A program made the translations under genes and the position numbers. Below are positions 10,278 through 22,039 of a stretch of 64,000 bases of DNA, piece after piece (the stretch's first letter is position 1; each line of letters begins with the position of its first letter). This DNA is from an uncultured Chloroflexia bacterium (lineage in GTDB: Bacteria; Chloroflexota; Anaerolineae; CG2-30-64-16). The notes under the pieces are model-generated. The model did not search any database. It was not told the DNA's origin and saw only the letters and a list, made by a program, of their open reading frames with translations. The DNA is taken from assembly GCA_963810095.1 (NCBI GenBank), contig CAWEMM010000001.1:96001-160000 (forward strand). The letters run 5' to 3'.

Positions 10278-13200
10278 ATGTCAGGTCGTAGCGGTAAGCT
10301 CTATCGGTCGCTCAGCCTCATGATCGCGGTCATGATGCTGCTGTCGCTGGTCGGCGGGAGCGCGTTCGCAGCCCCCCTCGCCCAACCTGCGGCTCCGGTA
10401 ACCTTTACCATCCTTCACACGAATGATTTCCACGGTCAGCTCGAAGCGTCCGGGAGCAATCCCGGCATGGCGCGCACCGCTGCGGTCGCGAACAGTATCC
10501 GCGGCACCGTCGGTGCAGCGAACGTACTGCTCGTCGATATCGGCGACGAAATGCAGGGCTCGCTGCTCTCGAACCTGCAGCGAGGCGTGCCGGTCATCGC
10601 CACATACAACACGATGAAGTACGATGTGGCGACGTTCGGCAATCACGAGTTCGACTGGGGCCAGGAAACGCTGGGCGCGCGCACGGGCGAGGCCAACTAC
10701 CCCTACGTGACCGCCAATATCGTGAAGAACGACACCGGCAATTGCACCACCGCCGGCTGGACCAAGCCCGACTTCGCGGACGCGCCGTACCAGATCAAGG
10801 ACGTCGCGGGCATTAAAGTCGGCTTCATCGGCGTGACCACGCAGGAAGTCCCGGCGATTACCATCGCTGCGGCGACCGCGGGCCTCTGCTTCAAGGACCC
10901 GGCCGAATCGATCGTCCACTACTACGATCAGATGAAGGCCGAGGGCGCCAACGTCATCGTCGTGATGAGCCACCTCGGGTTCAACGACGGGGGCTACGGC
11001 TACGGCATCCCGATCTACGGCGACAAGACGCTGGCCCAACGCTTGATCTCGGCGGGCAAGCCGGCCAACCTGATCATCGGCGGCCACAGCCACACCGACA
11101 TGTCTGCCAGCGGCGCCACCGTCATCGGCAAGACCACGATCGTGCAGGCGTACTACAACGGCCGCCAGCTCGGCCAGGCCGACCTCTCGTTTGACCCCGG
11201 CACCGGCGAAACCACCGTCGCCTGGAAGACCAACAAGGTCAGCACGACTGGGCCGGAAGACCCGGACGTTAAGGCCGTCATCGCCGCCTATGCCAACGAC
11301 CCGGCCTACCTCGCGCTCGTGAATCAGCCGGTCGGGTACGCGGCAGGTCGACCTCCTGCGCGACTATAACGGCGACAACATGATGGGCAACTTCGTCGAC
11401 GACGCGATCTACGGCGCGCTGAACGGCGACACCGAGCCCAAGAACGACATCGACCTGTTCTTCAACAACGCGGGCGGCATCCGCATCGAATGGTGCGACA
11501 AGGAAGATCCCGCGAACCCGGGCAAGTACATCTGGACGAGCGCGGCCGCGGATTGCCAGAAGGAAGGCATCTGGAACCACGCCCCCATGCTGCTGAACTA
11601 CGGGCAGATGTTCCAGATCCTGCCGTTCGGCAACGCGACCGTCGTGGGCGACATGACCGGCGCACAGATCCTCGAGGTCTTGCACCAGGCCGCCACGCTG
11701 GGCAAGGGCGCGATCCAGCCCGCCGGCCTGCGCTATTCATTCTTCCGCTACTCCGATTCGCTGCCCGGCCCTCAGCCGTACGCCTGGGGTGCGTTCGACT
11801 ACTGCGTGGTCAACAAGACCACCAAAGCCTGCGAACCGCTCGACATGGCCAAGACCTACAAGGTCGGCACGAACGAGTTCCTGGCCCCGGCCGGCGGCGA
11901 CAACTTCACCGGCTTCAAGTACATGAAGAACATCAGCTACTGGGGCGACATGCTGAATGCGGTGAACGCGTTCGTAGCTGCCAACTTCACCGAGGCCAAC
12001 CCGTACAAGGGCCCCAATGGCGACGGCAAGCTCGACGGCCGCATCACCCGCAACGGCACCGATGCGGGCGGCGACATTGTCCCCGTAACGGTCCTGCACC
12101 ACAACGACTCGCACGGCCGCCTGCTCAAGTCGACCTCGGCCGACGGCAAGACCGTCTACCAGGGCCTGAGCCAACTGGCGACCGTCATCAAGCAGGAACG
12201 CGCGCACAACCCGAACCGCACCCTCCTGTTCTCCCTGGGCGACAACATCCAGGGCGACTCGATGATGTACTACTTCAAGAACGCGGGCGCGGGCACCACG
12301 GCCGACCGGCAGCCGCTGCCGCCCAACCTGTGGATCAACCCGTTCGTCGCCGTGATGAACAGCCTGAACTACAACGGCATGGTCCTCGGCAACCACGAGT
12401 TCAACTTCGGCCCGACCGTGTTCCAGAGCGCGTTCAGCAAGGCGGCATTCCCGCTGCTGGGCGCGAACATGAGCGACACCGGCGCGTACGGCGTGAACAA
12501 GGTCGGCCTTGACCCGGTTGCGAAGGCCGCGAGCGTCATGGTCAACGTCCACGACGGCCTGGAGTTCCAGCTGCCGTCGGGCGGCCCTTACCCGATCAAG
12601 GTCGGGTTCCTCGGCCTCACCAACCACCGGGTGCCCAACTACGAGCTCCCGAGCAACATCCCGGGCCTGACCTTCACCGACCCGATCGAGAAGGCCAAGG
12701 AACTCGTCCCGGTGCTCGAATCGCGCAACGAGGCCGTCGTGGCGCTGACGCACATCGGCTTCACCGAAGACCCGAAGAGCGTCGAGGTCGACAAGAACGT
12801 CGACACGAACCTGGCGGCGAACGTCGCGGGCATCGACGCGATCATCGGCGCCACAGCCACACCAACCCGACCACGGCCTCGGCGCCCTACAAGCAGCTGC
12901 CGGCGTTCGTGGCCGGGCCCAACAATGTACCCGTGCTCGTCAACCAGGCCTATCGCTACAACACCTTCCTGGGCGAAGTCGTGCTGGGCTTCATGCCCCA
13001 GCCGGGTGGGTTCAAGCTCATCTCGGTCGCGGGCCGCGATCTGGCGATTGCGACGGACACGGCGGAAGATCCGATCGTCAAGGGGATCGTCGATCCGTAC
13101 CAGACGATCATCAATGCTTACAACAACACCGAGATCGGCAAGACGTTGACCCCGATCGACACGCTGAAGGCCTTCACCGAGGAGACCAACGGCGGCAACC

Positions 13201-14372
13201 TGCAGGCGGATGCGTCGGTGGCCGAGCTGCGCGGAAACAACATCAAGGTTGACTTCCACCTCTCGGGCGCCATGACGAACAGCAAGATCGCGTTGACGGC
13301 CACAGCGGACAATCCGTACACCCTCAAGGTGTCGGACATGTTCACCGCGATGCCCTACGAGAACTCGCTGCTCGTGCTCAAGATGAATGGCCCGCAGTTG
13401 AAGACCGTGCTGGAGCGCGCGTACCGGAACTACTTCTACTACAAGTATGTGCCGGGCTACGGCGGCTACTCCTACTACACCACCTGCATGATCGACACGG
13501 ACAAGGGCAACGTCATCAAGTACGCGGACCTCTATCCGACACCGCCGAACAGCAGCAATCCGAACAACGTCGTCTCGCTGACCATTCAGGGCAAGCCCGT
13601 TGACTTCAGCGACGCGAACACCTACTACAACGTGTCGACCGTGAACTACCTGGCTGCCGGCTCGTGCAACTTCAACGACAACGGCAAGACGCTCTGGCCG
13701 CTGGACCAGATCGTGGCCGACACGCAGTACTACGTCCGCGACGCGGTGATCAACTACACCAAGGCTCAGACTGCACCGATCAACCCGCAGATCGAAGGCC
13801 GCCTGCAGTTCCAGAACACCCCGCCCCTCGGCATGTTCACCAAGACGTTCAAGTCGAACGCCGACACCTATCTCGCCAAGGGTCTGCCGACGATCGCGTA
13901 CGGCACCTACCCGCAGATGTTCGTGGGCGCCAGCGATGGACTCCGCTCGGCTCTGGCGTTCAACGTGGCGGCGATCAACACGACGGCTACGGTCAAGAGC
14001 GCCACAGTGAGCGTCTACGTCGAGGCCGTGGGTGGCGGAGGCTCGCCCGCCCAGCTCGAGGCCTACGAGATACTCACCCCGTGGCAAGAGCTGACCGCCA
14101 CCTGGAACACGCCGTGGACCGCCAAGGGCGGCGACCTGGCCGGCCCGGTTGGCAGCACGTCGATTAGCAGCGCCAACATCGGCAAATGGATCAAGGTCGA
14201 TGTGACGTCGCTCGTCCAGAAATGGGTGAGCACCCCGGCGGCGAACTACGGCACGATGCTGAGGCTGGGCAACCAGACCAGCTTCACGCAGTATCGCCTG
14301 CCGACCCGCGAGCACTGGAACAAGGCGCTGGTGCCGGTGCTTGAGGTTACCTACGAAGCCCCGATCCAGTAA
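10278..14372 (+). CDS. Secreted tandem metallophosphatase/5'-nucleotidase with C-terminal DNRLRE-like domain (two frameshifts, ~11343 and ~12850)
   Basis: Signal peptide, two catalytic sets (HTNDFHG/GNHEFD/GGHSH and HHNDSHG/GNHEFN), two 5'-nucleotidase C domains, and a tail with ADTY..TWNT..DVTSLVQKW..NYG. The three ORF pieces join after single-base corrections. Confidence 0.85.
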
Positions 14373-14439
14373 GGATCGTGACGTGGCGTGGCAACCGTGC
14401 GGGGGTCTCGGCGCCTGCACGGTTGCCCTCTGACGATCA

Positions 14440-14536
14440 GCCGCAGAGGTCACGGGGTGCTCAGAAGGTTTCGGAGAGGTGAGAGGGGTCTCCGCCTCGC
14501 CTCTCCAGCCTCTGGCGTCCCTGTGACCTCTGTGGC
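14440..14536. repeat. Miniature palindromic element (family 3)
   Basis: GCCGCAGAGGTCACGGGG...CCCTGTGACCTCTGTGGC inverted arms, intergenic. Confidence 0.65.
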
Positions 14537-14556
14537 AAGACAGACCAAGGTTTGCT

Positions 14557-15580
14557 ATGTTCCTCACCACTCACCTGCCCCGCTACCCGCTCGCTTTCCT
14601 GCCCACGCCCCTGCATCCCCTGCCGCGCCTGAGCGCATGGCTTGCCGAGCAGGGGGTGGCGGCGGAGATGTGGATCAAGCGCGACGACCAGACCGGGTTA
14701 GCGCTGGGGGGGAATAAAACGCGCAAGCTCGAATTCCTCCTTGCGGACGCGCTCGAGCAGGGCTGCGACACACTGATCACCACCGGCGCGGTGCAGTCGA
14801 ACCACTGCCGGCAGACGGCAGCCGCGGCCGCACGGGCTGGGCTCGCCTGCCACCTGGTGCTCGGCCATGCTTCTCCAGAGGCACAGCCGCCGGCCGCGCC
14901 CAACGGCAATCTGCTGCTCGACCTGCTTTCGGGCGCCACGCTGCACTGGACCACCCGGGAAAACCGGATTAACCGGCTGCACGAGCTGGAGGCCGAGCTG
15001 AGGGACGAGGGCAAGCGGCCCTACTTCATCACTTACGGCGGCTCCGACGCTGTCGGCGCGTCCGGCTATGCGGTGGCGATGGAAGAGGCCCTCGACCAGG
15101 CGCGGGCGGCGGGGGTCGAGTTCGACCTGGTCGTGATCGCGTCGAGCTCGGGCGGCACGCAGGCCGGGCTGGCCGCAGGCGCGTGGGCGCTCGGCGCGGG
15201 CGTGCCCATCCTGGGCATCAGCATCGACGAGCCGCAGGAAAAGCTCCAAGAGCACGTGGCTGCGCTCGCGTCGGACACCAGCCTGCGCGTGAGCCTGGCG
15301 CACACCTTTGCCCCGTCCGACATCCTGGTCGACGCGGGATATCTCGGCGGCGGCTACGGTGTCGTGGGCGACCTCGAACGCGAGGCGGTCGGGACTGATG
15401 GCCCGCACCGAGGGCATCCTGCTCGACCCCGTCTATACCGGGCGCGCGTTTGGCGGGCTGCTCGATATCCTCCGGCACACGCCTGAGTGGCTGGCCCCTG
15501 CCGGCCGAGCGCCCCGTATTCTCTTCTGGCACACGGGGGGCGCGCCGGCGCTCTTCGCCTACGCGGCCGACATCCTGTAA
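14557..15580 (+). CDS. D-cysteine desulfhydrase/ACC deaminase family PLP enzyme (frameshift ~15392)
   Basis: [18 protein letters not shown] and SSGGT motifs. C-terminus [17 protein letters not shown] lies in another frame. Confidence 0.88.
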
Positions 15581-15672
15581 GCGCGGCCGGCCCTTGGACG
15601 AGGATCGTCGCGCCCACTGCCTCACAACCCCCTGGGGCGCCCCCGCGTCGCCAATCCCGCGGAGTAACACGC

Positions 15673-16865
15673 ATGCAACTTCCACGCACCGCAGATGTTG
15701 TAGTCATTGGGGGCGGCATTATCGGCTGCGCCGCCGCCTTCTTCCTGCACCGGGCCGGACTTCGGCCGGTCATCGTCGAGCGCCTGCCCGCACTCGCCGG
15801 CCTTGCGACCGCCCAGTCGATGGAGGCGATGCGCGCCCAGTTCGTCGAGCCGGAGAACCTCGCGATGATGGCCGAGAGCATTGCGTTCTACGAGCGCTTC
15901 GACGAGGAGACCGGTCTGGGTTTGCGGCTTGGCGCGCCCTACGACATCGGCTTGCACCAACAGGGCTACCTGTTCCTCAGCACGCAGGAAGACGCGCCCC
16001 AGCGCTTTAGCCAGCGGGTTGCGGCGCAGCACGCGCTCGGGACTCGCGCGATGTAGAGTATCTCGAACCCGGGGAGGTGCACCTGCGCTTCCCATACGTG
16101 ACGGGTGACGTCACCGCGGCAACCTACCGGGCGCGCGACGGCTGGCTGTCGGCGAACGAGGCCGCCTACGGGTTCGCGAGCGCGTCGGAGGCAACGCAGG
16201 CACTGGGCGTAACGGTGATCGGCTTTCGCCGCAACAAGCGAGGTATCATCGGGGTTGAGACGGATGCGGGCCCGATCGACGCCGGCGCGGTGGTGCTCTC
16301 GGCCGGGCCGTATGCCAGGCAGCTCGCGGCGCTCGCCGGCGTCGACCTGCCCCTGGTCAATTTGCGGCGGCACCGGGTAACCATCGGCGGCCAGCCGCTG
16401 ATCCCGCAGTGGGCGCCGATGACGATCGACCAGGACACGGGCGCACACTGGCGGCCTGAGAGCGGCGGCGCAGCGCTGGCCTGGGCACAGAGTCACGAGC
16501 AGCCGATGGAGCCGGTGGACCACGTCCGCGCCAACCCGGACTTCCCCTTCGAGGTGCTCGAAGGGGTGTCCCGGCTGTGCGCGTTCTGGGAAGCGGTGGC
16601 GGGCTCGCTCAAGAAGAGCCAGGTGCACCTGGGCGCGGGACAGTACACCCTCACGCCGGACGACCGGCCGGTCATCGGCCCGCACGACGCGCTCACGGGC
16701 CTGTATTTCAATTGTGGTTATGGCGGGCACGGCGTCATGGCTGCCCCCGGAGGGGGCCGGCTGCTGGCCGACCTGGTCACCGGGCGAATCGCGGATCAGG
16801 ACAACCCGTTCACCTATCGCCGCCTGGCCGGCCTGGACATTGCCGCGCACCAGCGATTGCTCTGA
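15673..16865 (+). CDS. FAD-dependent oxidoreductase, DAO/sarcosine oxidase beta-like (frameshift ~16048)
   Basis: DVVVIGGGIIG at the N-terminus; TPDDRPVIG and GYGGHG in the second frame. Confidence 0.85.
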
Positions 16866-16981
16866 GTTCGCTTCGTGGCTGGCGCTCATTTGCACGCAGC
16901 GCTGGTCGCTCATTGCGCGGGCCAGCAATCGCGCGCTATACTAGTTACCGGTTACCTGATCCCACCCAATAGGAACCATCC

Positions 16982-18041
16982 ATGATCATTCTCTATCTCT
17001 TACTCGGTCTCCTCCTGCTCATCGTACTGGCTGTGTTCGTGTTTGCGGCGGCCGGCGCGGGCGAGACCATCGCGTGGTGGACCCGGCGCGGCACCAGCCG
17101 TGCCCCGGTCGACTCGCCCATCGTAATCCCCCCACCCGACCCAAACAAGCCCATCGCCGATCAATACATCATTTACCTGAGCGGCGTAGGGCGCGACAGC
17201 GGCGAAGTGGTGCCTGCCAAGGAGGCGCACTTCCTCGACATGGTCGAGAAGGGCGTAGCCCGGCTCGGTGATCGTGCGCGACGTCTTCCCCTACTCGCCC
17301 AGCAGCACGCCGCTCACCGAACACAGGCCGGCGAGGAAGATTTACGCCCTTCTGCCCAAGCTCGCACGCCGCGGGCGCAACTGGATGTTCTTCTATCACA
17401 TCATCTATTTCCGCAACATGCTCCAGGTCTGCTCCTCGCGCGATTCCTTCTTCGGGCCCTACTACACGTACGGCTTTGCCAAGGAGATGATCAAGGGCCT
17501 GCTGCGGTACGGCTACCGGCCGGACGACCCGCGTCCGGTCACCATTCTCTGCATCAGCGGCGGTGGTCACTTGTCGCAGGCGGCCGCACCGTATATGAAG
17601 GAGTGGCTGGGCTGCAAGCTGCGGGTGGTCTCGGTGGGCAGCATCTTCACCGACGAGCCGGGCACCGAGGACCTGGCGGAGATCGTGCACCTGTCGGGTG
17701 GCGCAGACGCGACGCAGTACGTGGGGCACATCCTCGGCTACAAGAGCTGGCCCATCTTCCCCAATTCGATCTGGAACCGGTTCGTCCGCTCGGGCAGGTA
17801 CCACGTGATTCCAATCGGGCCGATGAAGCACATGGGCTGGGGCGATTACTTCTCCCGCTCGGTGAAACTGCCGGACGGGACACCGCACGTGGAGCGGACC
17901 GCCGAGGTCGTGATCGGCCTCCTGACCCCACCCGTCGACGGTGCCGGCCATCCGACGCCCCGCCCATCGGCGTCGCCTGCGCTTGGCCCGGCGTGGGAGC
18001 AGCGTGCGACGCCATCTCCGATGCTGACAGGGGAGGCGTAA
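16982..18041 (+). CDS. Hypothetical membrane-anchored protein, possible alpha/beta-hydrolase fold (frameshift ~17257)
   Basis: N-terminal TM, YIIYLSGVG, RDVFPYS and a CISGGG nucleophile-elbow-like motif. Confidence 0.6.
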
Positions 18042-18042
18042 C

Positions 18043-18615
18043 GTGGAGGCACCGCTGTTTCGAGAAGGGATTGTGATGCTGCTGTTGGCAGCGGCATCGT
18101 ACACGATCGCGCACGGCGGGCGGCTGCTGATGCACCGCGCGCGCTGGCCGGTCTGGCTTGCGGGCACGCTCTTCGGTTACGCCGCGTTTCTGACCAGCCG
18201 GGTTGCGCTTGCCGCCTGCGCTTGGGTCGTCTTCCGGGTGTTGTTCGACCGAGCGCCCGATCCGTGGGTGCTTGTCGGCCTGGTCGGAATTGCGAGCGCA
18301 CCCTTGCTGCTCTCGTTTGTGAACCTGACGCCCTTCTATGGGCCGGGCGTGATGCGGGTCCTGTACTTCATCTCGCTGATCTGGCTCACCAGCGTGACGA
18401 GCAGCGAGCTCGGCATGGACTGGCTGGGGTGTCTGGGTTGGTGGGTCGCGGCCTGGCTGCTGCTCGCCGGCGTCAGCTTCGCCTTCACGTGGTCCCTGCG
18501 CCACGCTCGTTGGCTCGCCTGGACCGGCATCCTCGGCCCCTTCCGTACGACGCCGCAAGCCGTCATGGCCGAGATGCCGGGCATGCAAGACGCTGTCTGG
18601 ACGCGCGAAAGCTAG
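18043..18615 (+). CDS. Hypothetical integral membrane protein
   Basis: 190 aa, about 5 hydrophobic segments, starts 1 nt after the previous stop. Confidence 0.65.
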   Translation: MEAPLFREGIVMLLLAAASYTIAHGGRLLMHRARWPVWLAGTLFGYAAFLTSRVALAACAWVVFRVLFDRAPDPWVLVGLVGIASAPLLLSFVNLTPFYGPGVMRVLYFISLIWLTSVTSSELGMDWLGCLGWWVAAWLLLAGVSFAFTWSLRHARWLAWTGILGPFRTTPQAVMAEMPGMQDAVWTRES

Positions 18616-18687
18616 GTGCGGCGGTTAGAAGAGGGCGGCAGCCTTCGCTCGCGCTGGAGCGCAGGCCGCCCCATACGAGAGGATTGA

Positions 18688-19764
18688 ATGGCGGAGAAAG
18701 ATCTCGGCTTTGTCGAACTCGAGTGGACCTGTCCATCGTGCAACGCGCGGAACCCGGGCAGCGCCCTTAAGTGCCAGCAGTGCGGCGCCCCCATGCCCGC
18801 CGAAACGAAGTTCGACCTGGGGGCCGAAGACAAGGTCGTCACCGACAAGGACAAGATCGCGGCCGCACAGGCCGGCCCGGACATCTACTGCGGCTACTGC
18901 GGCACCCGCAACGCGGCCACGGCGAAGGTGTGCCGCCAGTGTGGAGCGGCGCTGGCCGAAGGGAAAGCACGCGAGCTTCAGGGCACCGTTGGGGCTTTCG
19001 GCGACAAGCCCGCGGCCCCACTGATCTGTCCGAGCTGCGGCGCCGAGAACAAGCCGTCGGCGCTCAAATGCGTCAAATGCGGCGCAGTCCTCGGCAAGCC
19101 CGAGCGGGCGGCCCCGACCGCGCCCGCCGGCACAGGGCCCGGGTGCCGCGTCGCGCTGATCCCGCTCATTGTCGTGGGCGTGGTCCTCCTGATCGGAGCA
19201 TTCCTTCTTATCCGCACCGCCACCCGCACCAGCGCCACCGTGGGCCAGGTGGCCGACCACGGCTGGCGGCGCACCGTCGCCATCGAGGTGCTGGGCCCGG
19301 TGGAACGCGAGAGCTGGCGCAGTCAACTGCCCGGGGGAGTCGACGTGCTCGCCTGCCGGCAGGAGGTGTACCAGGTGGTCGACCAGCCCGTTGCGGGCGC
19401 GCGCGAAGTCTGCGGCACCCCGTACGTGGTCGACACCGCGACGGGCTATGGCAAGAAGAAACAGGACTGTCAATACGAGGTGCTGGCCGACTTCTGCCGC
19501 TACCGCACGACCGCCTGGGTTGCCGCAGCGCCACTCGTCCTGGAGGGCAGCGACCTTAACCCCCGCTGGCCTGCCGCGAACTTGGGCTCGAACCAACGCC
19601 GGGGCAGCCAGAGCGAAGAGTACTACGTGGTGTTCCGCGCCAATGACCGGGAGTATAAATACACGACGCGCAGCCTGGACGAGTACCTGCGACTGGCCCA
19701 AGGCGGACCGTGGAAGCTTACCATCAACGGGTTCGGACAGATTACCGGCATCGAACCTGGCTAA
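18688..19764 (+). CDS. Triple zinc-ribbon bitopic membrane protein
   Basis: Three CxxC-x10-CxxC units, one TM segment, then a Cys-containing distal domain. Confidence 0.8.
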   Translation: MAEKDLGFVELEWTCPSCNARNPGSALKCQQCGAPMPAETKFDLGAEDKVVTDKDKIAAAQAGPDIYCGYCGTRNAATAKVCRQCGAALAEGKARELQGTVGAFGDKPAAPLICPSCGAENKPSALKCVKCGAVLGKPERAAPTAPAGTGPGCRVALIPLIVVGVVLLIGAFLLIRTATRTSATVGQVADHGWRRTVAIEVLGPVERESWRSQLPGGVDVLACRQEVYQVVDQPVAGAREVCGTPYVVDTATGYGKKKQDCQYEVLADFCRYRTTAWVAAAPLVLEGSDLNPRWPAANLGSNQRRGSQSEEYYVVFRANDREYKYTTRSLDEYLRLAQGGPWKLTINGFGQITGIEPG

Positions 19765-19886
19765 GCGGCCCTGATGGCGTCCTGACGCCAAGCTGCAGAG
19801 CGCAGCCACGGGTAGTCGTCGCCGCGCCCGCGTGTTCGCTGTGGAATCACCGTCTGATTCACCCACCTGTCTCACGGAGCAGAACA

Positions 19887-21492
19887 ATGTCGCGCCTCAC
19901 GCCTCTCCGCATCCTGCTTGTCGCGGCAGTTGTGCTTTCATTCGCGGGCAACGCCGTGGCGGCGCCTCCCGCACCCGCGATCTCGGACAGTGACCCGCTC
20001 CCGGCTTTCACCCACGTCGAGGCTCCAGACCCCGTCATCCACTGGATGGTGGACCAGGTGCAGCAGGATACGGTGCGCCAATACGACGGCGACCTGAGCG
20101 GCGAGCAGCCGGTGATGATCCGCGGCAGCTCGTACACCATCAAGACCCGCAACACGAACAGCGGCGACGCCGGTACAGCAAGCCACCTATTACGTGGGCG
20201 ACCACCTGCGGAGCCTTGGCCTGACGGTCGAAGAGCACCGCTGGGGACCCGCAGCTGCGCCCAACATCATCGGCGAGAAGACCGGCACGTCACGGCCCGG
20301 CGACATTTTCATGATTACCGCGCACCTGGACGACATGCCCACCGGCGCCACCGCGCCGGGCGCGGACGACAATGCCAGCGGCTCGACGGCGGTCCTCGTC
20401 GCGGCCGACGTGCTGTCACAGTTCAGCTGGAACTGCACGCTCAGGTTCGCGTTGTGGACCGGCGAAGAGCAGGGGTTGTTGGGCAGCGACAAATACGCGC
20501 AGCGGTCGAAAACTAACCACGAGAACATCGTGGGCGTGCTGAACCTCGACATGATCGGCTGGAACACCCCGGACAGCCCACCCGGCATTGACCTGAACGC
20601 AAACAAGGCGTACCCGGCAACGGTCGACCTGGCGAACCAAATGGCGAGCGTGATCCAAGCGTACGATCTGGACCTCGTGCCCGAAGTCCTCGATTACGGC
20701 GAAGAGGCGAGCGACCACGCGTCCTTCTGGAAGGCCGGCTACGCCGCGATCCTGGGCATCGAGGATTACTACCCCGGCGAGCATGACTTCGATCCGTACT
20801 ATCACAAGACCACCGACAAGCTGTCGACGCTGAACCTGCCCTACTTCACCGAGTTCGTCAAGGCAGCCGTGGCAGAGACCGCGCACATGGCGGGGTGCCT
20901 GACCACCGGAATCGCGCAGGGCCAGGTGGTCGCGAGCCACGACGGCTCCCCGATCGCCAACGCTGAGATCAAGCTGAAGGACGCCGCGGGCCGCGAGTAC
21001 GTGCTGCAGGCGGGCGCCGACGGCCGGTACAACCAGGGCGTTCCGCCGGGAAGCTACACGGCAGGCGTCGATGCCTACGGTTACGCCACCGGTGGGTGGA
21101 GTGGCATCACCGTGGCGGCGAATGGCACCACGACGCAGGACTTCGCGCTTGCGGCACAGGCGCCGGTGGCACCCCTCGCCTCGGTGGGGTTGGATGGCGG
21201 CGAGGTCAAGCTCGATTGGCGGCACGTCAGCCCGAACACGGCGTACGAAGTGCATCGGAGCCTTGCCCCTTACTTCTCACCCGACGTCCGAACGCGCGTC
21301 GCGGCACTCGACGCGTCACACCCGCCCGCGCCAGACGAGGCGCTGAGTTACCGCGACGGCGAGAGCGCCGCGGGCGATGCAGGCACCAATCATTTTTACC
21401 TCGTGCTCGGGGTGAATGCGGCCGGCGGCGGTGCGGCGTCGGCGCGCCGTGGCGAGTTCGACTTCGAGCTTACCCCGCCCGCTGGCCCGTAA
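19887..21492 (+). CDS. Secreted M28 family peptidase with carboxypeptidase-regulatory-like and C-terminal beta domains (frameshift ~20172)
   Basis: Signal peptide, AHLD, GADDNASG, GEEQGLLGS, NLDMIG, SDHASF and YHKTTD motifs. Confidence 0.87.
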
Positions 21493-21592
21493 GTTACATG
21501 CTGGTGCAACCACCCGCGAGATGCTGCATCGAATGCGTTCGACTGGACGAAGAATGAGACCGCCAGGATCAAGGACTGAAAGGAAGCCGAAG

Positions 21593-22015
21593 ATGAATCG
21601 AGGAGCAATACTTGTGATGCTACTGAGCTTGACTGTCGCCGCGCTCGGCGCCTGTGGGGGGTCTGCGCCCTCGGCCGCCGCGCCCCAGGTCGACGTCAGC
21701 AACCTGCCTGACAACGTCAGCGTCGCACAGACGAAGGCGCTGTTGGGCCGATCGGACGTTCTTATCCTCGACGTACGCGAGCAGCAGGAGTACGACCAGG
21801 GGCACATCCCCGGCGTCACGCTGATCCCGACGGGCGAAGTCCCGAACCGCTTGAGCGAAATCCCCAAGGACAAGCCGGTCATTGTCACCTGCCGCTCGGG
21901 GAATCGCAGTGCAGCCGTGACGAAGCTCCTGCGCGAGCAGGGATACACGAACGTTCACAATATGGAAGGGGGCATCGTGGCGTGGCAGGGCGCCGGTTAC
22001 CCTGTCGAGAAGTAG
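21593..22015 (+). CDS. Rhodanese-like lipoprotein
   Basis: Lipobox LGAC, ILDVRE, GHIPG and active loop CRSGNRS. Confidence 0.88.
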   Translation: MNRGAILVMLLSLTVAALGACGGSAPSAAAPQVDVSNLPDNVSVAQTKALLGRSDVLILDVREQQEYDQGHIPGVTLIPTGEVPNRLSEIPKDKPVIVTCRSGNRSAAVTKLLREQGYTNVHNMEGGIVAWQGAGYPVEK

Positions 22016-22039
22016 CTTTAGCAGAAAGGCAGAAGACAC

